A DNA stretch of 33,920 nt from Callorhinchus milii (lineage: Eukaryota): positions 1 through 33,920 of the forward strand of contig NW_024705574.1 in NCBI RefSeq assembly GCF_018977255.1, written 5' to 3'. The first letter of the stretch is position 1; the number at the start of each line of letters is the position of its first letter. The translations under genes and the position numbers were made by a program. The notes beneath the pieces are model-generated. The model worked only from the letters and a program-made list of their open reading frames with translations. It had not been told where the DNA came from and did no database searches. Positions 20,340 through 32,784 of this stretch are shown piece after piece.

Positions 20340-22452
20340 AGGAAAAAAGGTTAGTTAAAGGTAGGGTGGGGCCAATCGAAGGCAATGACGGCAATCTTGT
20401 GGAGGCAGAGGGCACGGCTGACATACTGAACGAGTTCTTTGTATCTGTCTTCACAATGGAAATGGATGCACAGTATTGGATGAGAGGATAGAGGAAATGG
20501 ATCAGATTACTAGAGACAGAGAGGAAGTTCTGAAAAGATTGACTGGGCTCAAAATTCATAAGTCACCAGGACCAGATGGGTTTCACCCACGGTTGCTGTG
20601 GGAGTTACGGGTTCAAATAGCGGAGGCTTTGGCCATTATATTTCAATCATCATTGGATACAGCAGTGGTGTCAAGAGACTGGAGAGTGGCTAATGTTACC
20701 CCACTCTACAAAAATGGGCAGAAAGACAAGCCCGGAAATTACAGGCCAGTCAGCCTAACTTCGGTAATAGGAAAGCTACTGGAGACCGTAATCCGGGACA
20801 AAATAAATCTCTACTTAGAGGAACACGAGGTAATTAGAGACCCCCAACATGGATTTGTTAAAGGCAAGTCTTGCCTAACAAATCTAATAGAATTTTTTGA
20901 AGAGGTGACTGCGAGGGTTGATGAGGGAAATGCGGTGGACATTATTTACATGGATTTTAAAAAGGCTTTTGACACAGTACCGCATAAGAGGTTAATAAAA
21001 AAACTGGAGGCTCACGGTATTAAGGGGACAGTAGCTGTTTGGATTAGGAACTGTCTGAGTGACAGACTGCAGAGTGTGCTGGTTAATGGGTGTTTCTCGC
21101 AATGGAAGGAGGTGACCCCAGGGATCGGTATTGGGACCACTGCTCTTTCTAATACATATTAATGATCTGGACTTGGGCATAGAGAGCACTATTTCCAAGT
21201 TTGCAGATGATACCAAGTTAGGTCAGGTAGTAAATAGTGAGGAGGACTGTAATAATAATAATAATAATCCTTGCATTTGATATAGCGCTTTTCACGTCGG
21301 GAGGACGTCCCAAAGCGCTTCACAGAATATACTGTAAAGTGAAATGACTGTATATTTGTGGGCGAACGCGGCAGCCAATTGCGCACAGCAATGTCCCACA
21401 AACAGTCGTGGATTGAAAATGACCAATTTTTATTATTGTTTTTTGTTTTTTGGAGGGATTGTTGTTAGGCTCTGTGTGGAGTAAGGAAACTTGCCCAAGG
21501 TTTGGCCCTCTGCCTGGAATTAAACTCAGGTCTCTCACTTGAAAGCGAGTGCTCTAACCACTGAGCTACAGGACTCTACCATCTGCAGGCAGACATACAC
21601 AGAATGGTGGAATGGGCTGACATGTGGCAGATGGATTTCAATGTAGATAAGTGCGAGGTGATACACTTAGGGAGGAAAAATGATAGGAGGCAATATAGGC
21701 TTGGGAGCTCAATCTGAAAGGGGGTGAACGTACAGAGAGATCTGGGCGTTCAAGTAAGCGATTCATTGAAGGTGGCAGAGCAGATAGACAGGGCAGTAAA
21801 AAGGGCATTTGGTGTACTGAGCTTCATTAGTAGGGGCATAGAGTATAAGAGAAGGAGGTTATGCTTAATCTGTACAAAACACTGGTTAGGCCTCAGCTGG
21901 AGTACTGCGTCCAGTTCTGAGCACCGTACCTCAGGAAGGATATTAAGGCACTGGAAAAGGTGCAGAGGAGATTCACGAGAATGATACCAGGAATGGGGAA
22001 GCTTAGCTATGAGGACAGGCTGGAAAACTGAGGATTTTTCCCATGAGAGCAGAGAAGGTTACGCGGGGACCTGATAGAGGTCTTCAAGATCATGAAAGGT
22101 TTCGACAGGCGAGATAGGGAAAAGCTGCTTCCGCTGGTAGGTGTGTCTGTGACTCGTGGTCACAGTCTTAAGATATCTACCAAAAGAAGCAGAGAGGAGG
22201 TTAGAAGAAATGTTTTCACTCAGCGAGTTGTTAGAATTTGGAATGATCTGCCCGAAAGGGCAGTGAAGTCCGATTCGATTACAGCTTTTAAGAGAGAACT
22301 GGATAGGTATCTGGGAAGACGGGTTTGCAGAGTTATGGGGAGAAAGCTGGTGAGTGGGGTTAGTGAAAGTGACGCTCTGTCAAAGAGCCGCACAGACTCG
22401 ATGGGCCGAATGGCCTCCTTCTGTGCCGTAACATTCTATGAATCTATTCTAT
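20340..22452 (+). mobile_element. 5'-truncated CR1 LINE (RT domain to 3' end), degenerate
   Basis: KSPGPDGFHPRLL, DWRVANVTPLYK, PGNYRPVSLTS, QHGF.KGKSCLTNL, DFKKAFDTVPH, KFADDTK, TRGHSLK; ends ATTCTATGAATCTATTCTATG. Confidence 0.93.
21251..21576 (-). mobile_element. Full-length young SINE inserted in the CR1 RT region
   Basis: Reverse-complement SINE between CR1 EEDC and LQAD. Confidence 0.9.
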
Positions 22453-23089
22453 GAAAAAAAAGCAAGATTGCATTTATAGAGCGCCTTTCACGTCGGGAGG
22501 ACGTCCCAAGGCGCTGGACAGTTGGGTCAGGACCCGAGCATTGGGGGGGGAAATGGTCAGAGTGAGGGGCGGGAAGGGAGGGAGCGAGGAGGGGGAAGAG
22601 AGTCGAGAGTGGAGCTGAAGGCACGGTTGAAGAGAAGACACCTCTGTCAGTAGGAACCTGCTTGTCAGTTGTTCGATGAATCGCTTTTCTGGGGGTAATA
22701 ATCCCTTCAAATAATAATAAATTGGTCACTCAATCCACGACTGCTTGGGGGGACGTCGCTGGGTGCAATTGGCTGCCGCGGTTCGCCCACAAAATATACA
22801 GTCACTACACCTTACAGTGTATCCTGTGAAGCGCTTTGAGACTCCTCGAAGACGTGATAAGGCGCAGGGTCAAACACCAGGATTATTATTATTTATCTTT
22901 CAGTGGATATAGCGCCTTATCAAGTCATCGAGACGTCTCAAAGCGCTTCACAGGACATACAAATCTCCTCTGCATCCCTGTGTCCCCCTCGATGGCTTTC
23001 CTGAAGTGCGGTGACCACGCTATAATAATAATAATCCTGGCATTTGATGTAACCCTCTCACCTGTTGTTTTCTCTCACCGGCTTTTCAG

Positions 23090-23197
23090 GAGATGAAACG
23101 GGATTTCACAACATTTCTGAAGCTGTATTGGAACGTTATGTTCGGTGAAGAACAGTCTATTCAGTGGGATAACATAATACCTCCATCAGAGAAGTCT
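23090..23197 (+). CDS. UGP2: UGP2-like coding exon (exon 3 equivalent)
   Basis: ttttcag|EMKRDFTTFLKLYWNVMFGEEQSIQWDNIIPPSEKS|gtaagt; 108 nt (compare HTKKDLDGFRKLFHRFLQEKGPSVDWGKIQRPPEDS). Confidence 0.85.
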
Positions 23198-23214
23198 GTA
23201 AGTCATTATATTGT

Positions 23215-23905
23215 AACACTCCCAGGTCAGGGTTAGAGACATAGTAAAGCTCCTCTACACTGTGCGTCCGTCCACACTCCCAGGTCAGGGTTAGAGACAT
23301 AGTAAAGCTCCTCTACACTGTGCGTCCGTCCACACTCCCAGGTCAGGGTTAGTGACACAGTAAAGCTCCCTCTACACTGTGCGTCCGTCCACACTCCCAG
23401 GTCAGGGTTAGAGACACAGTAACGCTCCCTCTACACTGTGTGTCCACACTCCCAGGTCAGGGTTAGAGACACAGTAAAGCTCCTCTACACTGTGTGTCCA
23501 CACTCCCAGGTCAGGGTTAGAGACACAGTAAAGCTCCTCTACACTGTGTGTCCACACTCCCAGGTCAGGGTTAGAGACACAGTCACGCTCCCTCTACACT
23601 GTGCGTCCACACTCCCAGGTCAGGGTTAGAGACACAGTAACGCTCCCTCTACACTGTGCGTCCACACTCCCAGGTCAGGGTTAGAGACATAGTAAAGCTC
23701 CTCTACACTGTGTGTCCACACTCCCAGGTCAGGGTTAGAGACACAGTAACGCTCCCTCTACACTGTGCGTCCGTCCACACTCCAGGTCAGGGTTAGAGAC
23801 ACAGTAACGCTCCCTCTACACTGTGCGTCCGTCCACACTCCCAGGTCAGGGTTAGAGACACAGTAACGCTCCCTCTACACTGTCCGTCCACACACTCCCA
23901 GGTCA
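23215..23905 (+). repeat. About 54-59 bp tandem repeat (ACACTCCCAGGTCAGGGTTAGAGACACAGTAAAGCTCCTCTACACTGTGTGTCC), about 12 copies
   Basis: Directly visible tandem array; the same unit recurs at 33260-33435. Confidence 0.95.
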
Positions 23906-24106
23906 ATGACACAAATTGGCTGCTGCGATCACCCACAAAACCACTCTCGGTAGCGCTTGGGGATATCCACAAATTCCAATGATGATCCTTGCATTTGACA
24001 TCAGCGCCTTATCAAGTCTTCGAGACGTCTCGAAGCCCTTGATGGGACACGCTGTAAAGCGAAGTGACTGTGTGGTCTGTTAATTACCATCACCTTTTGC
24101 TCCTGA

Positions 24107-24331
<225 letters not shown>

Positions 24332-24613
24332 TAACAATATTAATAATCATCATCATCAGAATAATCAGGAGGATAATAATCCTTACACGTCTTTGGGACG
24401 TCTCAAAGCCATTTGCAGGATACGCCGTCAAATCAATTGACTGTATATTGTGGACCAAACACGGCAGCGAATCGCGCACAGCAACTACTCGTGGATTGAG
24501 TGACCGTTATTATCATTAATATTATTATTGTGTGGTTGCGTGCGTGTGCGCGTATGTGCGCGCGAGAGAGGGCGAGTGTGGGAGAGAGAACAAGGATGTG
24601 CGTGTGTGTGCGT

Positions 24614-24990
24614 GGAGTCCTGTATCTCAGGGATTAGACCCCTCGCATCACAAGCCACAGCCCCTGTAGCTCAGGGGTTAGATCCCTCCCCTCGCACCCC
24701 ACAGCCCCTGTAGCTCAGGGGTTAGACCCCTCACCTCGCACCCCACAGCCCCTGTAGCTCAGGGGTTAGACCCCTCGCCCCCCACCCCACAGCCCCTGTA
24801 GCTCAGGGGTTAGACCCCTCACCTTGCAAGCCAGAGGACCCGAGTTCGATTCCCAGGCGCGTCAGGTCAGGGCAAAATGTTGGTCAATTTAACTTATTCC
24901 TCTCCCCACCCCCCACCCGCACACACACCCGAACACGCCTCTGTTTACCAGCGGTAAGCAGGATCCCGGTTGTCAGTCGATTGCCGGTTG
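24614..24990 (+). mobile_element. SINE whose tRNA A-box region is tandemly amplified (about 44 bp, 4-5 copies)
   Basis: Repeats of GCCCCTGTAGCTCAGGGGTTAGACCCCTC...CCCCACA precede a single B-box (GAGTTCGATTCC). Confidence 0.8.
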
Positions 24991-25269
24991 GGGTTAAGGG
25001 ACTCTGTCAATGTAAGGACTATCAAGGATAATCCGAGCGGGCAATATAATATAATGCCACATCCTGTTTGCTTTGTTCATTGTCTCCTCGACACAGTCCG
25101 GACACAATGAGCAAAGTGTCATCTCGCTCCCCGTCAGTCTCTCTCGCTGTCTCCTCTCCTGCCCGGGAGGCTAAGGACATTTCCACAGCCCCTCATCACC
25201 GGGGAGATGGAGCGAGAGCGCAGTGTGGGTTCACTGGGAAGGAAACCAGGGCTGGGAGCTCACAACAAT

Positions 25270-25625
25270 TTACAACAACAACAAATTACACTTGTACAGC
25301 ATCCTTCAGGTCGGAAAGACGTCCCACAAGGCGCTGGACAATCCGGGTTTGGACCCCAGCTGAGACTTGGGGGTCAGGAGGGGTGGAGGGCGGTGGTGGA
25401 TGGGGGTTTTGTTGAGGGTGGGAGGGGTGGCCCGAATTCACGGTCGAAGAGGAAGTTCTTCAGGCGGGACTTGAAGAAGGCAACGGAGGGGGTGAGGTGG
25501 AGGGACTGAGGGGTGGGGTTCCAGAGTGTGGGGGCAGAGAAGCTGCAGGGCCGACCGCCAGTGACGGGGCGGGAATAACGGGGGGACCTGAAGCAACCTG
25601 GTGTCCACCGAGTGGAGGGAGCTGA
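25270..25625 (-). mobile_element. L2 LINE 3' fragment
   Basis: Minus strand: GGRPCSFSAPTLWNPTPQSLHLTPSVAFFKSRLKNFLFDREFG. Confidence 0.8.
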
Positions 25626-25832
25626 CATGGGGTTAGGAGGTCGGAGAGGTTGGGGGGAGCAAGAGGGTGGACGGAGGTGTTAGAGGGGCCTTATATACAC
25701 TCCGAATAATAATAATCCTTGCACTTCAAACAGCGCCTCATCACCTCCTCGCGACGTCTCAAAGCGCTTCACAGGATACACTGTAAAGTGTAGTGACTGT
25801 GTTTTTTTGGCGAAATGCCACCGGGCGGTTCA

Positions 25833-26262
25833 GGGTGACGGGTTTCCATGTGTGTCAGACACCCGGCTGGACACGGTGACGGGTTTCCGTGCGTGTCAGA
25901 CACCCGGCCGGACACGGTGACGGGTTTCCGTGCGTGTCAGACCCCCGGCCGGTCACGGTGACGGTTTCCGTGCGTGTCAGACCCCCGGCCGGTCACGGTG
26001 ACGGGTTTCCATGTGTGTCAGACACCCGACCGGTCACGGTGACGGGTTTCCATGTGTGTCAGACACACGGCCGGTCACGGTGACGGGTTTCCGTGTGTGT
26101 CAGACACCCGGCCGGACACGGTGACGGGTTTCCGTGCGTGTCAGACCCCCGGCCGGTCACGGTGAGGGGTTCCATGTGTGTCAGACACCCGGCCGGTCAC
26201 GGTGACGGGTTTCCGTGCGTGTCAGACACCCGGCCGGTCACGGTGACGGGTTTCCGGGTGTG
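25833..26262 (+). repeat. 41 bp tandem repeat (GGTGACGGGTTTCCGTGCGTGTCAGACACCCGGCCGGTCAC), about 10 copies
   Basis: Directly visible; about 2 more copies at 28340-28432. Confidence 0.95.
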
Positions 26263-26954
26263 TCGCCGGGAACATAGGTTCTGCCAACGCTCTCTTAACT
26301 CGGGAGTTGTGCTCTTAACTGGTTTAGCTGCTTCTTAAGTAGGGAAGAGTTTAATTAAGCTGAAGAACCAGTTTGATTGACCTAACTCTGCCTCCGGGCT
26401 GTGTCACCCCCTCCGTTGCCTCCTCCGAGCGTGTGGGAGCGTGTGGGAGCGTGCGGCTGGATTGCACGTGAGTGTAGCGTGTAGAGGAGACAGTGATTCC
26501 TTGTGCTCTCTGGTGCAGAGTGTCTGCCGTTGCACTTGCTCTTTGTGAGGGAACACAGGTCCCGACAATGTTCCTGTCCCGTGAATCAAATGGAATCGAT
26601 CCGGGATCATCCGGAGCCGGGCAACGGTTGCGCTCCACGATACACGAGGTTACTCCACTCCACTCAGGAGAGAGAGCGTTCGGGACAAAGATTCCGCTTG
26701 GTTTAACGCCGCTTTGGGGACTGGGGTCGTTTTTCAACTGTGTTTGTGATTAATAATAATAATAATAATAATAATCGGGTGTGGGAATATCAATAATAAT
26801 CCTCGCCTTCGACCCGGCGCCTCGTCGCGTCTTCTAGACGACTCGTAAAGGCTTCACGGGATGCACTGTTGAGTGTAGTGACTGTGTGCTTCGTGGGCGA
26901 AACGCGGCAGCCAATGGCGCCCAGCGACGTCCCCCACAAACAGCCGTGGGTTGA

Positions 26955-27660
26955 GCTCCCTCTGCCTCCTCGTCCTCCGCGACCTCTCTGCTGCCTTCCA
27001 CACCGTCGACCACTCTCTCCTCCTCCTCCTCCCTCCACCGCCTCTGCTCTCACCTCAACCTCCAACGGCTCTGTCCTCGACTGGTTCAGATTGTGCCTCT
27101 CGCGCCGTCTCCGCTTCATCTCCTCAAACGGCTTCTCCTCCGGCCCCGTCTCGTGTGGCGCTCCTCAGGGCTCCGTCCTCGGTCCCCTCCTCGTCAACAT
27201 CTATGTGCTCCCTCTTGGTGACATCATCCCCAGACATGGGGTCAACTCCCACATGTACGCGGATGACACCCAACTCTATCCAACTCTCTGCCTCCGCCCT
27301 CGACTCCAGGACCCACTGCTGTCCTGACAGAATGTCTGTCTGACGTCAATCCCTGGAAGAGGGAGAACTTTCTTCGGTCAACAAGTCCGAGGCTCTCCTG
27401 ATTGACCCTCAACTGTCCTTTCTACATCTGCGTCATGACCCGTTCTGCCTTCCCCCACCTCCGCAACCTCGTCCGGCCCCGCCACTGTCTCACACCGCAG
27501 GCCCCCGAGACCCTCACACACGCCTTCATTACATCCAGGCTTGACCCCCCCCACCCAAACTCCCTGCTTGTCGGCCCCCCAATTCCTCCCTCCACAGGCT
27601 GCACCTCATCCAGAACTAACTCTGCAGCCCGTGTCCTCTCCGGCACCAACCTCCGTGACC
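26955..27660 (+). mobile_element. L2 LINE ORF2 RT fragment, degenerate
   Basis: [76 protein letters not shown]. Confidence 0.88.
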
Positions 27661-28145
27661 CCATCACCCCCATCCTCACCCCACCGGGGTCCCACGACAC
27701 CATCACCCCCATCCTCACCCCCACCAGGCTCCCCAACCCCATCACCCCAATCCTCACACCAACCAGGATCCCCGACCCCATCACCCCATTTTCAACCCCC
27801 ACCAGGCTCCCCACCCCATTACCCCCATCCTAACCCCACCGGACTCCCCGACCCCATCACCCCCATCCTCACCTCCACCAGGCTCCCCGACCCCATCACC
27901 CCCATCCTCGCCCCGACTAGGCTCCCCCCCCATCACCCCATCCTCACCCCCACCGGGCTCCCCCACCCCATCACCCCCATCCTCACCCCCACCAGGCTCC
28001 CCGCCCCCATCACCCCATCCTCACCCCACCGGGCTCCCCGCCCGCCATCACCCCCATCCTCACCCCCACCAGGCTCCTCGCCCCCATCACCACCATCCTC
28101 ACCCCACCAGGCTCCGCCCCATCACCCCCATCCTCCCCCCGACTC
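27655..28145 (+). repeat. About 40-41 bp C-rich minisatellite amplified from the L2 'PITPIL..' segment
   Basis: ACCCCATCACCCCCATCCTCACCCCCACCAGGCTCCCC units directly continue the L2 ORF2 frame (DPITPILTP). Confidence 0.88.
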
Positions 28146-28466
28146 CAGTAAAAGCTAATAACCATTCGGTCACTCAATTCACGACTGTTTGTGGGACACT
28201 GCTGTGCTCTATTGGCTGCCGCGTTTCGCCCACAAAATATACAGTCACTACACTTTACGTATGTCCTGTGAAGCACTTTGAGACATCTCAAAGATGTGAT
28301 AATGCACTGTGTCAAATGCAAGGATTATTATTATTGTTTGTCAGACACCCGGAGGGTCACGGTGACGGGTTTCCGTGTGTGACAGACACCCGGAGGGTCA
28401 CGGTGACGGGTTTCCGTGTGTGTCAGACACCCACAAAAAGATTTCTGTGGCTTCCTTAACCTCCAG

Positions 28467-28600
28467 CACATGAACAGAACCTACGGCAGTGACGTCCCGC
28501 TGGTGTTGATGAATTCCTTCCACACCGACGAAGAGACGTTGAAGGTCATCCCGAAGTACAGCGAGTGCAACCTCAAGCTGTCCACCTTCTGCCAGAGCAG
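28467..28600 (+). CDS. UGP2: UGP2-like coding exon (exon 5 equivalent)
   Basis: ctccag|HMNRTYGSDVPLVLMNSFHTDEETLKVIPKYSECNLKLSTFCQS+AG|gtgagt; 134 nt. Confidence 0.95.
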
Positions 28601-28639
28601 GTGAGTCGCTCTGCCCTCCCCAGCCCCTCTTTCACCTTC

Positions 28640-29220
28640 CCTCACCCCCTAAACCCCGTCCCCCCATCCCCCCAGCCCTCGCCCGGCCCCACTGGCTCCC
28701 CATCACCCCCTAAACCCCGTCCCCCATCCCCCGCCCTCGCCCGGCCCCACTGGCTCCCCCTCACCCCCTAAACCCCATCCCCCCAGCCCTCGCCCGGCCC
28801 CACTGGCTCCCCATCACCCCCACTAAACCCCGTCCCCCCATCACCCCAGCCCTCGCCAGGCCCCACTGGCTCCCCATCACCCCCACTAAACCCCATCCCC
28901 AGCCCTCGCCAGGCCCCCCTGGCTCCCCATCACCCCACTAACCCCCCGTTCCCCCATCTCCCCAGCCCTCGCCGGCCCCACTGGCTCCCCATCACCGAAC
29001 GGGTCGATTTCGAGACCCTCTCGCTCGTTTTCAAATCCCTTCACGCCCCGGCACCTCCCTCCCTCTCTCTCCGACCTGCTCAAGCCCCCCCCCCCCACTC
29101 CCACACCCTCTGGCTCCGCTTGACTGGCTCCGGCCTCCCGTTTGTCCCTCGTTCTACCATGAGTGGCCGCTAACGCCCCAAAACTCTCACTCTCTCCCTC
29201 TTATCCCTCCGCCTCGCCCC
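28640..29220 (+). repeat. About 55-62 bp C-rich minisatellite (PALARPHWLP-type) running into an L2 3' fragment
   Basis: CCCAGCCCTCGCCCGGCCCCACTGGCTCCCCATCACCCC units, followed by ITERVDFETLSLVFKSLH...SDLL (L2 ORF2). Confidence 0.8.
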
Positions 29221-29389
29221 TTCCTTCGGCTGCGTAGAGGACCCCATCAGGCTCGAGGGGCTGAATGGCCCTACTCCTGCTCCTACGTCTCCTGGTCCTG
29301 TGGTCTTAAGTTACGAGGAGAGTGCGCGTAAACTGGGATTATATTCCCTTGAGTTCAGAAGGTTGAGGGGTGGTTGGATATATCCCATA

Positions 29390-29685
29390 TCCCTGATCAA
29401 CCCCACTCCCCCGCTCCGTCTCCCCATAGCCCTGATCAACCCCACTCCCCCACTCTCTCTCTCCCCATAGCCCTGATCAACCCCACTCCCCGCTCTCTCT
29501 CTCCCCATAGCCCTGATCAACCCCACTCCCCCACTCTCTCTCTCCCCATAGCCCTGATCGACCCCATTCCCCCGCTCTCTCTCTCCCCATAGCCCTGATC
29601 AACCCCACTCCCCCGCTCCCTCTCTCCCCATAGCCCTGATCAACCCCACTCCCCCGCTCCCTCTCTCCCCATAGCCCTGCCAGCC
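29390..29685 (-). repeat. About 40-41 bp CR1-derived minisatellite, same family as 17619-18370, on the reverse strand
   Basis: About 7 copies of CCCCATAGCCCTGATCAACCCCACTCCCC. Confidence 0.9.
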
Positions 29686-29744
29686 TGTCCTCCCCAAGCC
29701 TCCCTCATGGAATCCCCTCTCTCTCTCTGCCCCGGTTAGAGCAG

Positions 29745-30039
29745 CTACCCGGTGTTGAGTAAAGAAACTATGCTTCCCCTGACGCGCGTTGCTGGGAAAT
29801 CCGGGGACTCCGAGCTGTGGTACCCCCCGGGTCACGGGGATATCTACACCAGCCTGGCCAACTCGGGTCTCCTCAAGAGTTTCCTGGCCGAGGGCAAGGA
29901 ATACGCCTTCATCTCCAACATAGACAACCTGGGAGCCAGTGTGGACCTCTCCATCCTTTCCTACCTCCTGCAACCAGCCAACAGTGCCCCGTGCGACTTC
30001 ATCATGGAGGTGACCAACAAGACCAGAGCTGACGTGAAG
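29745..30039 (+). CDS. UGP2: UGP2-like coding exon (exon 6 equivalent)
   Basis: gcag|C YPVLSKETMLP...WYPPGHGDIYTSLANSGLL...EYAFISNIDNLGASVDL...FIMEVTNKTRADVK|gtggga; 295 nt, phase 2 to 0. Confidence 0.96.
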
Positions 30040-30294
30040 GTGGGACCTTCTATTTACCGCGACGCTGAGCCGGTGTGGGGGCGGTGGGGGGGGAGGAGGG
30101 AGGAGGGAGGGAGTGGGGAAGGTGACGTACGCACAGGTTGAAGAGGGAGTTAGATTTGGGAGGTCAATTCGGAACCAATCTGCACTTGACTTGTGGGACA
30201 GCTCCCGAGGAACACGGACAGCGCAAGCAAAGAAATGGCATTTGTTTCAAGAACAAATTGGATCAGATCAGATTAGATTACTGCCCTCCGTAGA

Positions 30295-30905
30295 TTACCG
30301 TACCCTCCGTTCCTCCGGCTCTGGTCTGCTCCACATCCCCCGCCCCAACCGCCCGACCATCGGTGGCCTTCAGCCTCTCAGCCCCGAGGCTCTGGAACTC
30401 CATCCCCAGTGCCTTCACCGCTTCCTCCCTTTCCTCCTTCAAGGCCGGTCTCAAGACCTTTCTCTTTGGCCTTCAGCTCCACTCTCGACTCTCTACCCCC
30501 TCCTCCTCGCTCCCTCCCTCCCCTCCCCTCACCCTGACCATTTCCCCCCTCCTCGCTCCCTCCCTTCCCTCCCCTCACCCTGACCATTCCCCCCTCCTCG
30601 CTCCCTCCTTCCCTCCCCTCACCATTTCCCCCTCCTCGCTCCCTCCCTTCCCTCCCCTCACCTGACCATTTCCCCCTCCTCGCTCCCTCCCTTCCTCCCC
30701 TCACCCTGACCATTCCCCCCTCCTCGCTCCCTCCCTTCCCTCCCCTCACCCTGACCATCTTCCCCTCCTCGCTCCCTCCCTTCCCTCCCCTCACCCTGAC
30801 CATTTCCCCCCCCAATGCTCGGGTCCCGACCCAACTGTGCAGCGCCTCGGGACGTCCTCCCGACGTGAAAGGCGCTCAATAAATGCAATCTTGTTGTTGT
30901 TGTTG
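30295..30905 (+). mobile_element. L2 LINE 3' end with an internally amplified ~45 bp C/T minisatellite (30495-30810)
   Basis: RTLRSSGSGLLHIPR...AFSLSAPRLWNSIP...FKAGLKTFLF; about 7 copies of CCTCCTCGCTCCCTCCCTTCCCTCCCCTCACCCTGACCATTT; tail GGGACGTCCTCCCGACGTGAAAGGCGCTCAATAAATGCAA. Confidence 0.85.
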
Positions 30906-30959
30906 CCAGAAAATAATATCTCAGGATATAGTATACAAACGCACACACACCAACATAAG

Positions 30960-31437
30960 GGACATACAGAGGCACACACACACACACACACACAGAGACA
31001 CACACACACACACAGAGACACACACCACACAGAGACACACACACACACACACAGAGACACACACACACAGAGACACACACACACAGAGACACACACACAG
31101 AGACACACACACACAGAGACACACACACACACACATACATACAGACACACACACACACACAGACACACACACACACAGACACACAGACAGACACACATAC
31201 ACAGAGACATACAGAGGCACACACACACAGATACACACACCGACAGACACACACATACACAGAGACACACATACACACAGACAGACAGACAGACAGACAG
31301 ACACACACATACACAGAGACACACATACACACAGACAGACAGACACACACAGAGACATACAGAAACACACACACACACAGATACACAGAGACAGACACAC
31401 ACATACACAGAGACATACAGAGACACACACGCACACG
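30960..31437. repeat. Compound (CA)n/(GA)n microsatellite
   Basis: About 480 nt of CACACAGAGA-type repeats; the source of the spurious CV/HT ORFs. Confidence 0.95.
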
Positions 31438-31909
31438 CCTGTGTCCCCGGCAGTCAGTAGGAACCCGCTTGTCAGTCGATTGGGGGATCACTTTCCGGGG
31501 GTAATAATCTGTTTGTGGGGACGTCGCTGAGCGCGATCGGCTGCTGCCTCGACGACCTGTTACGGCGCTATGTCAAATGCAATCAATCAAATTATTATTA
31601 TTATTATTATTATTATTGTCATCATCATCTGTTTGGCATTGAACGTCGATGTGCAGAGAGCGACTTGGGACGTCCTCCTGACGTGAAAGGCGCTATATAA
31701 ATTGTTGTTGTTGGGAGGGAGGGAGGGAGGGAGGGGACACTGTAGGGGAAGGGCGGTGAGGAGACGTTTCACCTCTTTCACCTCAATAATTTTTATTTAT
31801 CTTTGGTTTTATTGGTTTATCATATTTATTGTAATATGATATTTATTCATTTATTCATTTATTTATTTAAACAATGATTATTTATTTATTTATTTAAATA
31901 TTTTATATT

Positions 31910-32137
31910 AATAATAATAATCCTTGAGTTTGATATAGCGCTTTTCGCGTCTTCTCGACGTCCCAAAGCGCTTCACAGAATAGACTGTAAAGTGAATTGA
32001 CCGTATATTTGTGGGCGAACGCGGCGGCCAATTGCGCACAGCAATGTCCCACAAACAGTCGTGGATTGAAAATGACCAATTTATTATTTTTCAGAGGGAT
32101 TATTTTGAGTGTGGAGTAAGGAAACGTGCCCAAGGTT
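31910..32137 (-). mobile_element. 5'-truncated SINE in an AT-rich tract
   Basis: Reverse complement of the core and tail of the young SINE. Confidence 0.82.
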
Positions 32138-32784
32138 AATATTTATATGAAAGTGAAACATGTCAAACAATATATTTGTTTATTAATGTTGTTATTTCAT
32201 TTTTTAAATGTATTTGAACAATTATTTATTTATTCATTTAAATATTTAATATGTATTTAAAAGTAAAACATGTCAAACAATACATTTGTCCACAATATGT
32301 TCTGCGAAGCGATTTGTGAGGCATTATCCTCCGACTTGCACCTCATCCCCAATTACCCGGCCTTCGCCCCGTAATCCCTGCCCTCGACCCCCCCCACTGC
32401 CCCCCCCGACCCCACAAACATCTCCGCCTCAGTCTGGATGACGTGACTGGAGTCATAAATCCCCCCCGTTTGGGGGTGGGGGGAGCGAGCGATCCCCAAA
32501 TTCCCTTCAACCCTTTGGGTGGGGTGGACTGCCTCCGATTTCACCCCAAAAGCGTCCTGGGCTCTGGTTTTAAGTCGATGACCCCACCCCCCCACCCCCC
32601 CACCCCCCTGGAGGTGGAGTCCCCCCCCACACCCCGACCAGAGCAAATAGTTTCTCCGCAGCTCCAATCCCTTTATTACCTTAAAAGTGAAACCTGTATC
32701 AAATGCACGGATTATTATTATTATTATTATGTGTGTGAGTCTGACCCCCACCCCACCTTGTGTTGGGGGGGAAAAAAATCCCCC

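Noticed and set aside
20476..21162. 228-aa reverse transcriptase ORF as an active or domesticated RT
   Set aside because: Part of a 5'-truncated CR1 with a frameshift at the PQG motif, stops and a SINE insertion.
23215..23905. CRISPR-like array (also considered for 25833-26262 and 17619-18370)
   Set aside because: Units are head-to-tail with no unique spacers, there are no cas genes, and the context is a vertebrate intron; these are minisatellites.
30658..31530. Long ORFs (171-277 aa) rich in CV or HT
   Set aside because: Translation artefacts of a (CA)/(GA) microsatellite.
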